A stretch of DNA of 64,000 bases from an uncultured Actinomyces sp. (GCA_964345125.1 CAYFPY010000003.1:5185-69184); one strand, 5' to 3'; counted from the first letter of the stretch, positions 33,525 to 43,220 are shown. Notes: a model not told the origin generated them from the letters alone. A program made the numbers and translations.

Positions 33525-33927
33525 ACGACCTCGCCCTCCAAAAAGCCACGACTTGCACAGCCGACGTCCCTATCACCGCGGGAAGCACCAGCACCAAAAC
33601 CACCAGAGCAGTTTCACTCTTCGCAGCCGTAAGCCAGTTCAGCAACAGCAACCCAAAGAAAACCAGCAGAATCTTTACAAGGAAGTCCAGCATCACCCAA
33701 GCTGACCCCTCGGGACCGGAACGCTGCAGCAAATTCACTGTCAGCGTGCTTGACAGTACCAACCCAACGGCGACCAGATACCCAACCAACACCGGCAGCC
33801 ATAGGGCCCCCTCCCCAAAAAGGCCAACCCCAAGAGCCGCCACAGCAAGCACAATCAACAGGGCAAGAAAACCACGTTTGGCGGCACGGGCTCCCTGACG
33901 AAAACGCAATGAAACGACCATTTTCAC
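33493..33927 (-). CDS. small 4-TM membrane protein in the AtpI position (ATP synthase protein I-like, Rv1303-type)
   Basis: 144 aa with four hydrophobic helices, lying directly downstream of wecA as in other actinobacteria. The assignment rests on position and topology only. Confidence 0.55.
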   Translation of the reverse strand: MKMVVSLRFRQGARAAKRGFLALLIVLAVAALGVGLFGEGALWLPVLVGYLVAVGLVLSSTLTVNLLQRSGPEGSAWVMLDFLVKILLVFFGLLLLNWLTAAKSETALVVLVLVLPAVIGTSAVQVVAFWRARSSRANPQWSGL

Positions 33928-33955
33928 TCCTCTTTATCGTCGGCCAAGACCCTTG

Positions 33956-35188
33956 TCATCGGTCCGGACCATCATTACGTTTACCACGTAATGGAAACCA
34001 AACTAAATCTGAACGAGGTCGAGAAATGACCTCTTGACCGTCGTCCAAAACGGGCACAACATCACTGGGTCCCGCACCGGGATCATAACCATCGATCTTT
34101 CTGGAACGACCTGGAAACTGACGCACAGTAGCAAAGACGGTGAGCAGCAGAAGTGGGACCATCACCAGGGCCACTACCTTCGACGGAAAGAAAATGAAAG
34201 AAACAACCGTGATGCCCGTCAACGCCGTCCAACTGTACAGAATCAAAACCACTCCCCTGTGAGAGTGTCCCGACGACAAGAGACGGTGATGCAGGTGAGT
34301 CCGGTCGGCAGTCACGGGCGACTTTCCCCTCAGCACCCGCAGTGCTGGCGTAACAAGCAGATCCACCAGTGGGATCACCAAAACAGCAAATGGGATCAGA
34401 ACCGGAACCCAAGTGGTCAACGCCGACTGTTCCGTCAAGATTGCTGGATTAACCTGTCCCGTCACGGTGATAGCCGCCGACCCGAGAAGCAGGCCCAAAA
34501 CCATTGAACCAGAGTCACCCATAAAAATGGACGCAGGATGAAAATTGAACCATAAAAAGCCAATGGTAGCCCCCGCCAAAATCACCGTAACAATCGCAGC
34601 AGTCGTAGCGTAAGAGGGAGCCCCAATAAGACGTGTCAGCAAGTACGAATAAGCGAAAAAGGACAGGGAACCAATAGCTATCACCCCCGCAGCCAACCCA
34701 TCCAAACCGTCAATAAAATTCACTGCATTAATGACCGCCACCAAGATGACGACAGAAACGAAAACAGACATCCGTGAGGAACCAATCGTCACCCCGAAAA
34801 TAGGAAGATTGATCAGCTGCACACCCCCAATAGCCATGCCGCCAGTTATCAGGATCTGACCCGTGAGTTTCGCCAGCCAGTCCAGATCCCAGATGTCATC
34901 AATGGCGCCCAACGACGCTATGGCCACCGTGCCCAAAAGAACAGACCACAACGCTGACGACTGGGCGTAAATAGGGTGAAAAAAAGGGATCAGGTTCGCG
35001 AGCAACAGGGCCCCCACGACGCCCCCCGTCATGGCCAATCCACCTAACCTAGGCGTGGGAAAGGCGTGAATATCACGCCCCCGCAATGGAGTAAGAATGT
35101 TAAAGCTCAACGCTAATCTGCGCATCACGGGTACCAAAATCATCGTAATAGCCAAAGCTGTGAAAAGGAGCAGGAGGTATGCTCTCAA
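33956..35188 (-). CDS. wecA: UDP-GlcNAc:undecaprenyl-phosphate GlcNAc-1-phosphate transferase (MraY/WecA family)
   Basis: Polytopic protein with NAVNFIDGLDGLAAG and FMGDSGSMVLG motifs. The start overlaps the upstream ORF by 4 nt. Confidence 0.88.
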   Translation of the reverse strand: MRAYLLLLFTALAITMILVPVMRRLALSFNILTPLRGRDIHAFPTPRLGGLAMTGGVVGALLLANLIPFFHPIYAQSSALWSVLLGTVAIASLGAIDDIWDLDWLAKLTGQILITGGMAIGGVQLINLPIFGVTIGSSRMSVFVSVVILVAVINAVNFIDGLDGLAAGVIAIGSLSFFAYSYLLTRLIGAPSYATTAAIVTVILAGATIGFLWFNFHPASIFMGDSGSMVLGLLLGSAAITVTGQVNPAILTEQSALTTWVPVLIPFAVLVIPLVDLLVTPALRVLRGKSPVTADRTHLHHRLLSSGHSHRGVVLILYSWTALTGITVVSFIFFPSKVVALVMVPLLLLTVFATVRQFPGRSRKIDGYDPGAGPSDVVPVLDDGQEVISRPRSDLVWFPLRGKRNDGPDR

Positions 35189-36699
35189 GAGTATCTCCCT
35201 CCTCCACCGGTAACCGCTCTTCCGATGGCCTGCTCAACCTGGTCAGAGGCAATCGCCCCGTGACGCAGAACGTTTGGGACGGCGCCCGTGCAGTCAACTA
35301 TCGTTGAGGGCACCTGCCCGCACACACCATCCACGTAGACTTCCACCCTATCGCCAAAATACTCTTTAGCTTCGCTACCAGACCGAGCCGGAGGCAGACC
35401 GGTCGGATTAGCACTAGTCACCGCTAACGGCCCCGTCTGAGCAAGAAGCTTCCGCAGTGATTCTTCGGCTGGGAGCCGCAGCGCCACCGTACCACCCACC
35501 AGGGAGGTGTCCCAACCAAGCTGCGCTTCAGTGTCTACGATTAACGTCAGCGGGCCCGGCCAGAAAGCCTGAGCTAATTTCCGCACGCACTCTTCCTGAG
35601 CGTTGGAGGAGAAAACAGCAAACTCTAACAGCTCCGTCATATCGGCCCCCAAAAGGGCGGGGGGCCTATCATTCCCTCTTCCTTTAGCGGACAAAAGTTT
35701 CTCTACCGCCAGCTCGTTAGTCGGGTCCGCAGCCAAACCAAACACCGTGTCCGTTGGGAAAGCAACCAGGCCACCCGCCGCCAAGGCGTTCACAGCCGAC
35801 GTTGCACTCGTCTTCTTTGCGACTAGGAAACGAGGCCGACCCGCCAAATCAGGCACACATGCAGCCTGAGAAAACCCGGTGTTCAGCGCATGTGAAACTA
35901 GGGAGGGCCCCTGCTGCTCCCCATGCTCCACAACCAAGACGCCCTCGTCCGCTAGCAACTGGTAGGCCCGCTCAACAATGCCCCGGGGAATAACAAGTCC
36001 GTCCTCCCCACCCCCATAGAGCGCCAGAGGAGGATCAGCCAACGCCTCCGGCTGCGTTGGCGCATCCACCACCCCCACATAAGGGGGATTGGAAACAACT
36101 AGATCGTAAGTTCCCTCCTGGTCGGGCAAAGCAAACAGAGCGTCCTCTAAATGTGTCGAAACTGAAGATCCATGGGCCAAAACAGCGCCCTGCACGTTTT
36201 TATCCAGGAACCGAAAAGCCGCTGGGGAGAGCTCCACCGATGAGACCTCCACCCCGGCCCGCTCCGTCGCTAACGCCAAACCGATTGCTCCTGACCCCGC
36301 ACACAAATCTGCCACCCGCACGGCCCCTGACGGCAACTCCGCCAACGCAAGGTCGACCATATACTCCGTTTCCGGACGAGTATTGTACACACCAATCCCA
36401 GCGTGCAAGTACAGACCCCTGAAAAACATTTTCTGCACAATGTGCTGCAAGGGGACTCCTGCTCGCCGTTGCGCTATGCCACTTCGGTAGGTCTCAGCTG
36501 CCCGAATTCCTATTTGAGGGTCAGCCTTGAGGAGCGAATCAACACCCAGAGCCCATTCCAAAAGCCACACCGCTTCACGGGAACTAATCTCTACCTCTTC
36601 TAAGCGGGAAGCTCCCCAAGACAGAAGCTGAGCCTGTGGGATACTGGCTTTCCCTATAGCTCCTGTGCTTACCTTCAGGGGCTCTTCAAAAGCGTCCAT
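35185..36699 (-). CDS. fusion protein: release-factor glutamine N5-methyltransferase (PrmC/HemK) plus L-threonylcarbamoyladenylate synthase (TsaC/YrdC/Sua5 family)
   Basis: The N-terminal half has PLQHIV, the SAM motif DLCAGSGAIGLALA and the catalytic VVSNPPYV. The C-terminal half has YrdC motifs VAFPTDTVFGLAADP, KGRGNDRPPALL and LAVTSANPTG. It is one uninterrupted 504-codon frame. Confidence 0.85.
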   Translation of the reverse strand: MDAFEEPLKVSTGAIGKASIPQAQLLSWGASRLEEVEISSREAVWLLEWALGVDSLLKADPQIGIRAAETYRSGIAQRRAGVPLQHIVQKMFFRGLYLHAGIGVYNTRPETEYMVDLALAELPSGAVRVADLCAGSGAIGLALATERAGVEVSSVELSPAAFRFLDKNVQGAVLAHGSSVSTHLEDALFALPDQEGTYDLVVSNPPYVGVVDAPTQPEALADPPLALYGGGEDGLVIPRGIVERAYQLLADEGVLVVEHGEQQGPSLVSHALNTGFSQAACVPDLAGRPRFLVAKKTSATSAVNALAAGGLVAFPTDTVFGLAADPTNELAVEKLLSAKGRGNDRPPALLGADMTELLEFAVFSSNAQEECVRKLAQAFWPGPLTLIVDTEAQLGWDTSLVGGTVALRLPAEESLRKLLAQTGPLAVTSANPTGLPPARSGSEAKEYFGDRVEVYVDGVCGQVPSTIVDCTGAVPNVLRHGAIASDQVEQAIGRAVTGGGGRYS

Positions 36700-36717
36700 G
36701 GAAGCACACCAACCTGT

Positions 36718-37815
36718 TTACCGGGCAACAGATTCGAGGCGCGCCTCTTCATCGGCCGCAATTGCTGAAGCAACAACTTCCTCCAAGTTGCCTTCCATAA
36801 CTTGATCAAGGTTGTAGGCTTTGTACCCCGTCCTGTGGTCAGCGATCCGGTTTTCCGGGAAGTTATATGTGCGTATGCGCTCAGATCTATCCACCGTCCT
36901 CACCTGGGACAGCCTCTGCGCCGAAGCTTCCGCCTCCCGTTTCGCCTTGGCGTCCGCAATGAGTCGGGCTTTCAAAACTCGCAAACCAGCATCCCTGTTC
37001 TGGTGCTGAGACTTCTCGTTTTGCATCGCTACAACAATGCCCGTAGGAATGTGGGTGATTCTCACAGCTGAATCCGTTGTGTTCACAGACTGCCCACCCG
37101 GGCCGGAGGAACGATAAAAGTCGATCCGCAACTCGCTCATGTCTAGCTCGATGTCCTCATCCACCTCAACTTCAGGCATAACCATCACCCCAACTGCAGA
37201 AGTGTGGACCCGTCCCTGGGACTCGGTGACCGGCACACGTTGCACTCTGTGCACGCCGCCCTCATATTTCAGATGAGCCCAGACCCCTTCTTCCGGAGCT
37301 GGATTTCCTTTTGCCCGAATGGACAGCGTTACGTCCTTAATACCGCCAAGACCCGTATGCGTCGTGTTCATCTCGGTGGTGCTCCACCCCTTTTGCTCCG
37401 CATAACGGGTGTACATGCGGGCCAACTCCGCCGCGAAAAGTGCGGATTCTTCCCCACCTTCACCTGCTTTAATTTCCAGAATTATATCCGCGGAGTCATC
37501 GGGGTCCCGCGGTGCCAAGACTGCAACCAGTTCCCTATTGGCCTGCTCGTAAGCCTCCTCTAGGCCTGCCAACTCATCTGCAAAGTCTGGATCTTCAGCA
37601 GCAAGTTCCCGAGCTGCTTCCAAGTCGTCCGCCGCATTTTGGGCAGCCTCCGCCAGCTTCACAACACGCCCCAATTCAGCGTATCTTCTTCCAGCTTTTC
37701 GGGCCCGCGCTGGATCAGAATGTAGTTCGGGGTCAGAGAGCGTTTTCTCCAACTCCTCGTACTCCTGCAGCAACGGCGCAACCGCTTGCTGTGTTGATGG
37801 GTCTGGCATTGTCAC
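36718..37815 (-). CDS. prfA: peptide chain release factor 1
   Basis: GGQ motif [23 protein letters not shown] and the PxT-type recognition region. Confidence 0.95.
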   Translation of the reverse strand: MTMPDPSTQQAVAPLLQEYEELEKTLSDPELHSDPARARKAGRRYAELGRVVKLAEAAQNAADDLEAARELAAEDPDFADELAGLEEAYEQANRELVAVLAPRDPDDSADIILEIKAGEGGEESALFAAELARMYTRYAEQKGWSTTEMNTTHTGLGGIKDVTLSIRAKGNPAPEEGVWAHLKYEGGVHRVQRVPVTESQGRVHTSAVGVMVMPEVEVDEDIELDMSELRIDFYRSSGPGGQSVNTTDSAVRITHIPTGIVVAMQNEKSQHQNRDAGLRVLKARLIADAKAKREAEASAQRLSQVRTVDRSERIRTYNFPENRIADHRTGYKAYNLDQVMEGNLEEVVASAIAADEEARLESVAR

Positions 37816-37848
37816 TCCAACTATTTCTAACTGTTTTAAGAAATGAAG

Positions 37849-37877
37849 AGGCGCCGGCGAAATTTTCGCCGGCGCCT
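37849..37877 (-). terminator. GC-rich hairpin between rpmE and prfA
   Basis: AGGCGCCGGCGAAAA/TTTTCGCCGGCGCCT is a near-perfect palindrome. It is followed on the minus strand by CTTCATTTCTT. Confidence 0.6.
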
Positions 37878-37886
37878 AAAAGAGAA

Positions 37887-38105
37887 CTATTTTGCGGCAG
37901 CTTTCTTTCCGTAACGAGCCTCGAAACGCGCAACGCGCCCACCACTGTCCAGAATCTTCTGCTTACCGGTGTAGAAAGGATGGCACTCAGCACACACATC
38001 CACCCTCATCACACCCTCGGTGATCGTTGATCGGGTAACAAACTCGTTCCCGCAAGTGCAGGTGACGGTTGTGTCCACATATTCGGGATGTACACCCTGT
38101 TTCAT
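37887..38105 (-). CDS. rpmE: 50S ribosomal protein L31 (zinc-binding type A)
   Basis: MKQGVHPEY start with Cys motifs CTCG and [10 protein letters not shown]. Confidence 0.95.
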   Translation of the reverse strand: MKQGVHPEYVDTTVTCTCGNEFVTRSTITEGVMRVDVCAECHPFYTGKQKILDSGGRVARFEARYGKKAAAK

Positions 38106-38235
38106 GTTGTCTCCTCAGTATTATTCGTGTGCTCCGGGTCCAAAGTGTTGCCCACATTCGGTGAACCGGAACCAATATCTAAGCTTGGCACCCATTATCT
38201 GGTTGGTCTAGCCAGTTTACGGTGAGATCCTGCAC

Positions 38236-39903
38236 CTAGTCAGATCCCGTTGTCCGGGAAACCTGCATCAGGAATTCGGCATTTGACTGCGTGTCTTTCA
38301 ATCTACTAAGCGTGGATTCCAAAGCGGAGTGCTGGTCAAGGGTGCCGAGCACGCGTCGCAGCCTCCACATGATTGCCAGCTCTTCCGGAGTGAAGAGCAG
38401 TTCCTCACGCCTGGTTCCTGAAGCATTGATGTCGATGGCTGGGAAGATCCTTCTGTCAGCCAAGGCTCTAGAGAGGCTTAGCTCCATGTTGCCTGTTCCC
38501 TTGAACTCCTCGAAGATAACTTCGTCCATCTTCGATCCGGTCTCCACAAGTGCGGTAGCAATTATTGTGAGTGAGCCGCCCTCTGACAAGTTCCTAGCAG
38601 CACCGAAGAACTTCTTCGGTGGATATAGGGCACCCGCGTCGACACCTCCAGACAGAATTCGTCCCGATGCGGGGGCAGCGAGGTTGTAGGCGCGGGAAAG
38701 CCGGGTGATGGAGTCCAGGAGCACCACCACGTCCTGACCTAGCTCCACTAAACGTTTCGCTCTTTCGATCGCCAACTCAGCGACGATGGTGTGGTCGGAA
38801 GCGGGCCGATCAAATGTGGAAGCAATGACTTCCCCTTTGACTGTGGCGCGCATATCCGTAACCTCTTCAGGTCGTTCGTCGACGAGCACCACCATAAGAT
38901 GCACGTCTGGATCATTCACCTCGATTGCTTTGGCGATCTGCTGGATGACCATGGTCTTACCTGCTTTTGGCGGAGACACGATCAGTCCTCGCTGTCCTTT
39001 TCCGATAGGAGAAACCAGGTCTATCAGTCTTGGTGTTAGTGCTTTCGCAGTTGTTTCCAGTCGCAACTGTTCACGTGGATATTCGGGGGTGAGTTTAGAG
39101 AATTTACGGCGCTCAATTGCCTCCTGCACACTCATCCCGTTGACTGATTCAACCTGAACGAGGGCGTTGTACTTCTGTTTGCGTCGGTCGCCTTCTCGCG
39201 TTGGTCGCACCGAGCCTACAACAGCGTCGCCTCGTCTCAGACCCCATTTTCGTATGTTCCCCAGGGTTACGTAGACGTCGTTGTTTCCCGGAAGATATCC
39301 CGAAGTCCTGACGAAACCGTGGTTGGACTGGATGTCAACGATCCCAGCAATTGGGATCAGGTCAGATCCTCCAGAGGAATCCTCTGTGTTTTGCTCTTGA
39401 TCTTCCGCTCCCCCTTGAGCGTTTCGGTCCCTATCTCTTCTGCCCTGGTTGCGGTCCCTGCCCCGGCGGCGATTCTTTCTGTCGCGCCTCGACCGGTTCC
39501 TGTTTCCTTCACGGCCGGTGGGCAGTTCAATTTGGTCTAAACCGTGGTCTCCTGAGCCTTTCTCAGCTGGCGCATTACCGTTTCTAGCGGCATTTTGTTT
39601 GCCATCTTTGCGTTGATCTCCAACTTGCACTTTTTTGAGGTCTTCCGCTACGGCTGCTTGAGCTTTTGTTCCTTTGGTGGCTTCAGTTTTTTCACCGGTT
39701 CCTTTGGCGGGCTTTTGGTGATCCCCACTTTGAGGGTCTGTGCCTGTTTTCCCGCTACCTCCACCGGAGAGTAGTTCAACCAACTCCGCTTTGCGAAGTC
39801 TGGAGAACCCTTTCAATCCTCGAGCAGCGGCCATTTCGCGTAATTCGGCAATCTTGAGGTTTTGCAAGTTCGCTGAGCCAGCCGCGTTCGCTGTTTTGTC
39901 CAT
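38236..39903 (-). CDS. rho: transcription termination factor Rho with a long N-terminal insertion
   Basis: Walker A SPPKAGKTMV, an RNA-binding domain (HGFVRTSGYLPGNNDVYV), and about 150 aa of inserted G/K/R/D/N-rich sequence after the N-terminal helix bundle. Confidence 0.95.
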   Translation of the reverse strand: MDKTANAAGSANLQNLKIAELREMAAARGLKGFSRLRKAELVELLSGGGSGKTGTDPQSGDHQKPAKGTGEKTEATKGTKAQAAVAEDLKKVQVGDQRKDGKQNAARNGNAPAEKGSGDHGLDQIELPTGREGNRNRSRRDRKNRRRGRDRNQGRRDRDRNAQGGAEDQEQNTEDSSGGSDLIPIAGIVDIQSNHGFVRTSGYLPGNNDVYVTLGNIRKWGLRRGDAVVGSVRPTREGDRRKQKYNALVQVESVNGMSVQEAIERRKFSKLTPEYPREQLRLETTAKALTPRLIDLVSPIGKGQRGLIVSPPKAGKTMVIQQIAKAIEVNDPDVHLMVVLVDERPEEVTDMRATVKGEVIASTFDRPASDHTIVAELAIERAKRLVELGQDVVVLLDSITRLSRAYNLAAPASGRILSGGVDAGALYPPKKFFGAARNLSEGGSLTIIATALVETGSKMDEVIFEEFKGTGNMELSLSRALADRRIFPAIDINASGTRREELLFTPEELAIMWRLRRVLGTLDQHSALESTLSRLKDTQSNAEFLMQVSRTTGSD

Positions 39904-40098
39904 TTATGGAAAAATCCTAACTTTCTTGACTGCGCACCAATTTGAACACTGAGAGGGTTTTAGCCTGCTGCGTTCTCCCCCAAAGAATCTTCGGTGTTTG
40001 TAACACCTTTTAGAAGCGGGGACGCAAAGATTTAGAGCGTCTTGTTGTGCGCCACGATTATAGTAGCAGCAAATACCCCCGCTACGCTCCCCGCGCAG

Positions 40099-41073
40099 CT
40101 AGTTCTCCTCGTAAGTTGGGGCTGATCTCACACGTGAGACCGAGCGAACTCGCAGAGGTAACGCGTGCCAGCCACTCTTTTGGGTTGCGCGCAACACTTC
40201 CAGCTCCAGGGGTGTCAAGGCAATAACAGAGTCCCCCTCACCGGCTGGGAACGCTGGTATTTTCTGGTCCAGAAGCCATGCTGCCAGGGTGGTGGCAGGG
40301 CGCTGCCTCTCCGGTTCAGAGTGACCTGAAATAGTTTGCAGGACCCGCAAAAGCGCGTTTTTCCATTCGGAATGTTCCAATGCTAGTTGGGTTCCCGCCG
40401 AAAGCAGGGGCACCAGGGCAGCCCCAGCATCCAGCACATCCTGGCCGACCATCCTCTTTGATGATGTCTGCATCGTTGTTAGATTGTTTTCACGGCTTTG
40501 GTCTACCTGGGGAACCAAGACGGTGGGTTCCAGGTGGGGGTGTGCTTCCAGGTGGAGCACCAGGGGCATAACATCGTCATCTCCTGTGGGGGGCCCTGCT
40601 ATCGCTATGCCTCCCAGCAACGAGGCGATAAGTTGTGGGGGCCTTGCCCCCAGGTGAGAGCCGAACCTGTTGATCACGTGCTGATCGATTTCTGGGGGTG
40701 CCCCTAGAAGATCCCTGGCGGCAAGCAGGCCTAGCAGTGTTTCTACCGTTTCTGCTCCCAACCCTGTTACGCGAGGAATCTGGCGGCTATATTCCAAACT
40801 TAGGCCCACCTGTGGAGTGCCGGCTTCGTCCAATAGGTAGCGTATGGCCTTTACGGTTCGTGATTCGCTAACTTCGGTAGGGTCGGCTTCAGTCCGTACG
40901 GGAGCCAGACCGGGTTTTGGGGGCGGGTCAATGAAGGTTAGTTGGGTTGGTCCCGCCACCGCCCGAACGGTAAGCTCATCGCACAGCGAAAACCCTAGGA
41001 ACACGGGTACGGGGCCAATGGCGTCACTGCTGGAACAAGCTTTCACCTGGGCAAGATCGGTTCTTAGCCTCAT
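40099..41073 (-). CDS. homoserine kinase-like GHMP family protein with degenerate motifs
   Basis: ThrB-like layout in the thrB position upstream of rho, but motif I reads SSSDAIGPVPV, motif II reads IPRVTGLGAETVETLLG, and motif III reads PAGEGDSVIAL. Confidence 0.55.
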   Translation of the reverse strand: MRLRTDLAQVKACSSSDAIGPVPVFLGFSLCDELTVRAVAGPTQLTFIDPPPKPGLAPVRTEADPTEVSESRTVKAIRYLLDEAGTPQVGLSLEYSRQIPRVTGLGAETVETLLGLLAARDLLGAPPEIDQHVINRFGSHLGARPPQLIASLLGGIAIAGPPTGDDDVMPLVLHLEAHPHLEPTVLVPQVDQSRENNLTTMQTSSKRMVGQDVLDAGAALVPLLSAGTQLALEHSEWKNALLRVLQTISGHSEPERQRPATTLAAWLLDQKIPAFPAGEGDSVIALTPLELEVLRATQKSGWHALPLRVRSVSRVRSAPTYEEN

Positions 41074-42533
41074 TTCTGATCAAGACCATCTTGTTGAGGT
41101 GCTGCTCCTGATCGACGGAGGGCATCCGCAATGGAGCTCGCTAAAGCAAACAGCAGAATGATAACAATTGTGATGGAGCCTAGCGCTAAAGCTTGGGCCT
41201 GGTCGTTGAGGTCCGGGTTTGGACCGAGGGTGCGGTAATACACGTTGGTGACAACCGATAGGCCAATGGCTGTACCTAAACGTTGGAAGGTTTGCAGGAG
41301 CGCGGCTGCCAGGCCCGAATGTGCTCGCGGCACTTCTTCCAGGGTGAGGGCCTGATTCGGTGATATAACAAGACCGGACCCTATGCCGGAAAAGGTTATG
41401 GAAGCTAGTACCCCGTGAGGAGCCCACTTTTCTGGCAGCCACCAGGCTGCACCTGCCATGACCAGTAACCCCACCATTAAACCTAAAATACCGAGCACTG
41501 GCACAATCCGACCAAATCGCATTACCAATCTGCCGGACATGCCAGAGGAGAATCCTGAAATCAAAGAGAAAGGTACCACCGCTACACCCGCATGTAGGGC
41601 GGACCACCCGTTTCCTTGCTGAAGATAAAGGGTGATGAGCAGAAAAATGGAAGTGAAGCCTGCGAAGTAGAAGAAGGCTGTTAGAGTACCCAGGGCAAAT
41701 GGCGGGTTTTTTATGACGTCAGGTTCCAAAAGAACTTCGTTGCCGCGCCGACGCCACCACCCTTCCCACAGCCGCAGAATCCCAGCCACGAGGGCAGCTC
41801 CCACCAGGAAGATGGCGATCGTCTTAGTTGAGCTGGTGTCGGTGGAGCTGGATTCCAGAAATGGCCACATAACCAAAACGACAACGATCGCCAGTAGCAG
41901 CACCCCGACAGGATCGAACTCTTTAAGTACGTCCCTCTTTGATTGGCTGGCTTTCTCCGGAGGGGCGGGTAACCATTTGGCAGCCAGGGGTATTACGACC
42001 ATTCCGATCGGCAAGTTAATCAAGAAGACTAGACGCCAACCAAACTCTGGGCCCACTAGCTCGATTAGCAGACCCCCCAGCGCTGGCCCAATAGCGGTGG
42101 ATACACCTACCACTACGCCAAACATGCCGAAAGCCCTGGCTCTTGCGGCTCCTTTATACATGTCCTGGATTAGTCCCACAACCTGTGGGTTGAGGACCCC
42201 GGCGAAGAGGCCCTGAACAAGCCTAAGGATCACCAGCCAGGTGGCTGTCGGAGCTGCTCCAGCCCCCACAGATGCTGCTACGAAGCCTGCCATTCCAAGA
42301 AGAAATAGTTTTCTGCGACCAAAAATGTCCCCCGCCCTACCCGCCGCCACCAAGGAAAGGCCGAACATGAGTGCGTAGCCAGCCAAAACCCATTGAAGTT
42401 CGGTGGGGCTAGCGTGCAGGGTGGCTGTTATGGAGGGAAGGGCAACGTTGACGATTGACACGTCAAGCAGGGTCATGAACCCAGCAGCTAACACGATTGC
42501 GAAAGCGCCGCTGTTCGACTGTTCCTTGTTCAC
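41070..42533 (-). CDS. MFS transporter (14-TM DHA2/EmrB-QacA type)
   Basis: 487 aa, with GRAGDIFGRRKLFLLG (MFS motif A) and about 14 hydrophobic segments. The stop overlaps the start of the downstream ThrB-like gene by 4 nt. Confidence 0.85.
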   Translation of the reverse strand: MNKEQSNSGAFAIVLAAGFMTLLDVSIVNVALPSITATLHASPTELQWVLAGYALMFGLSLVAAGRAGDIFGRRKLFLLGMAGFVAASVGAGAAPTATWLVILRLVQGLFAGVLNPQVVGLIQDMYKGAARARAFGMFGVVVGVSTAIGPALGGLLIELVGPEFGWRLVFLINLPIGMVVIPLAAKWLPAPPEKASQSKRDVLKEFDPVGVLLLAIVVVLVMWPFLESSSTDTSSTKTIAIFLVGAALVAGILRLWEGWWRRRGNEVLLEPDVIKNPPFALGTLTAFFYFAGFTSIFLLITLYLQQGNGWSALHAGVAVVPFSLISGFSSGMSGRLVMRFGRIVPVLGILGLMVGLLVMAGAAWWLPEKWAPHGVLASITFSGIGSGLVISPNQALTLEEVPRAHSGLAAALLQTFQRLGTAIGLSVVTNVYYRTLGPNPDLNDQAQALALGSITIVIILLFALASSIADALRRSGAAPQQDGLDQK

Positions 42534-42595
42534 TACTCACCTTTGGTTTCTCTATTCAACTCTCCACCCTACCTGTAGTGGGTTACGGTAGAAGT

Positions 42596-43219
42596 ATGCA
42601 CACGGACAATTCAGACTTTGAGTTCGAGAGACGCTTCTATGTTGAACACGTCCCCCACCACCTTCTCAAAGGCAGCAGGCCGGACGTGATCGTGCAAACC
42701 TATTTCTTGGCGAAAGATGGTTACGGGCTGCGGATCCGGTTACAGGCGACACAGCCGGAGAAGAATCTGGATCTCTCCCTGGAAGGTGAGGCTGCGATTG
42801 ACCAGTTTCTTCCCTATTTTGATCTCGCCATGCTTACCGTCAAGGGTCCGGTCATTGGGGGCACCCGTTACGAGGCCGAGCGGCCCCTGGATATCAATGT
42901 GGCCGCGAAGATGTCTACCAAAGGGGGAGTTACCCTTGCGAAACGAAGATGGGGCATTTGGCTGGACGAAGACTGGTGGGTACTTGACCAGTTTGCTGGG
43001 TCCAACTATCCCCTGGTAGTTGCCGAGTGTGAACGTCTGTCACCTGTTGTTGACCTGAAAATTCCCTCTTTCTGCAGTTGGGAAATCACGGACGACCAAC
43101 GTTTCTCCAACGACGAACTGGTTAACCTTCCTTTTTCGCGTTGGGCCGACGTTTATGCCAATGGAAGGCAGGGTGTATTTGACTCTCGTTTTGGTGACAA
43201 CCAAGTCAGTAGCGAATAG
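42596..43219 (+). CDS. CYTH domain protein (triphosphate tunnel metalloenzyme family)
   Basis: N-terminal ExExK-type motif FEFERRFYV. I prefer the internal ATG at 42596, because the ORF-track start at 42497 would overlap the divergent MFS gene. Confidence 0.55.
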   Translation: MHTDNSDFEFERRFYVEHVPHHLLKGSRPDVIVQTYFLAKDGYGLRIRLQATQPEKNLDLSLEGEAAIDQFLPYFDLAMLTVKGPVIGGTRYEAERPLDINVAAKMSTKGGVTLAKRRWGIWLDEDWWVLDQFAGSNYPLVVAECERLSPVVDLKIPSFCSWEITDDQRFSNDELVNLPFSRWADVYANGRQGVFDSRFGDNQVSSE

Positions 43220-43220
43220 G

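Noticed and set aside
39904-40098. The 195-nt leader upstream of rho, examined for a structured regulatory RNA or small ORF.
   Set aside because: I could identify no clear hairpins, repeats or SD-preceded small ORFs by eye. A long rho leader is expected from known Rho autoregulation.
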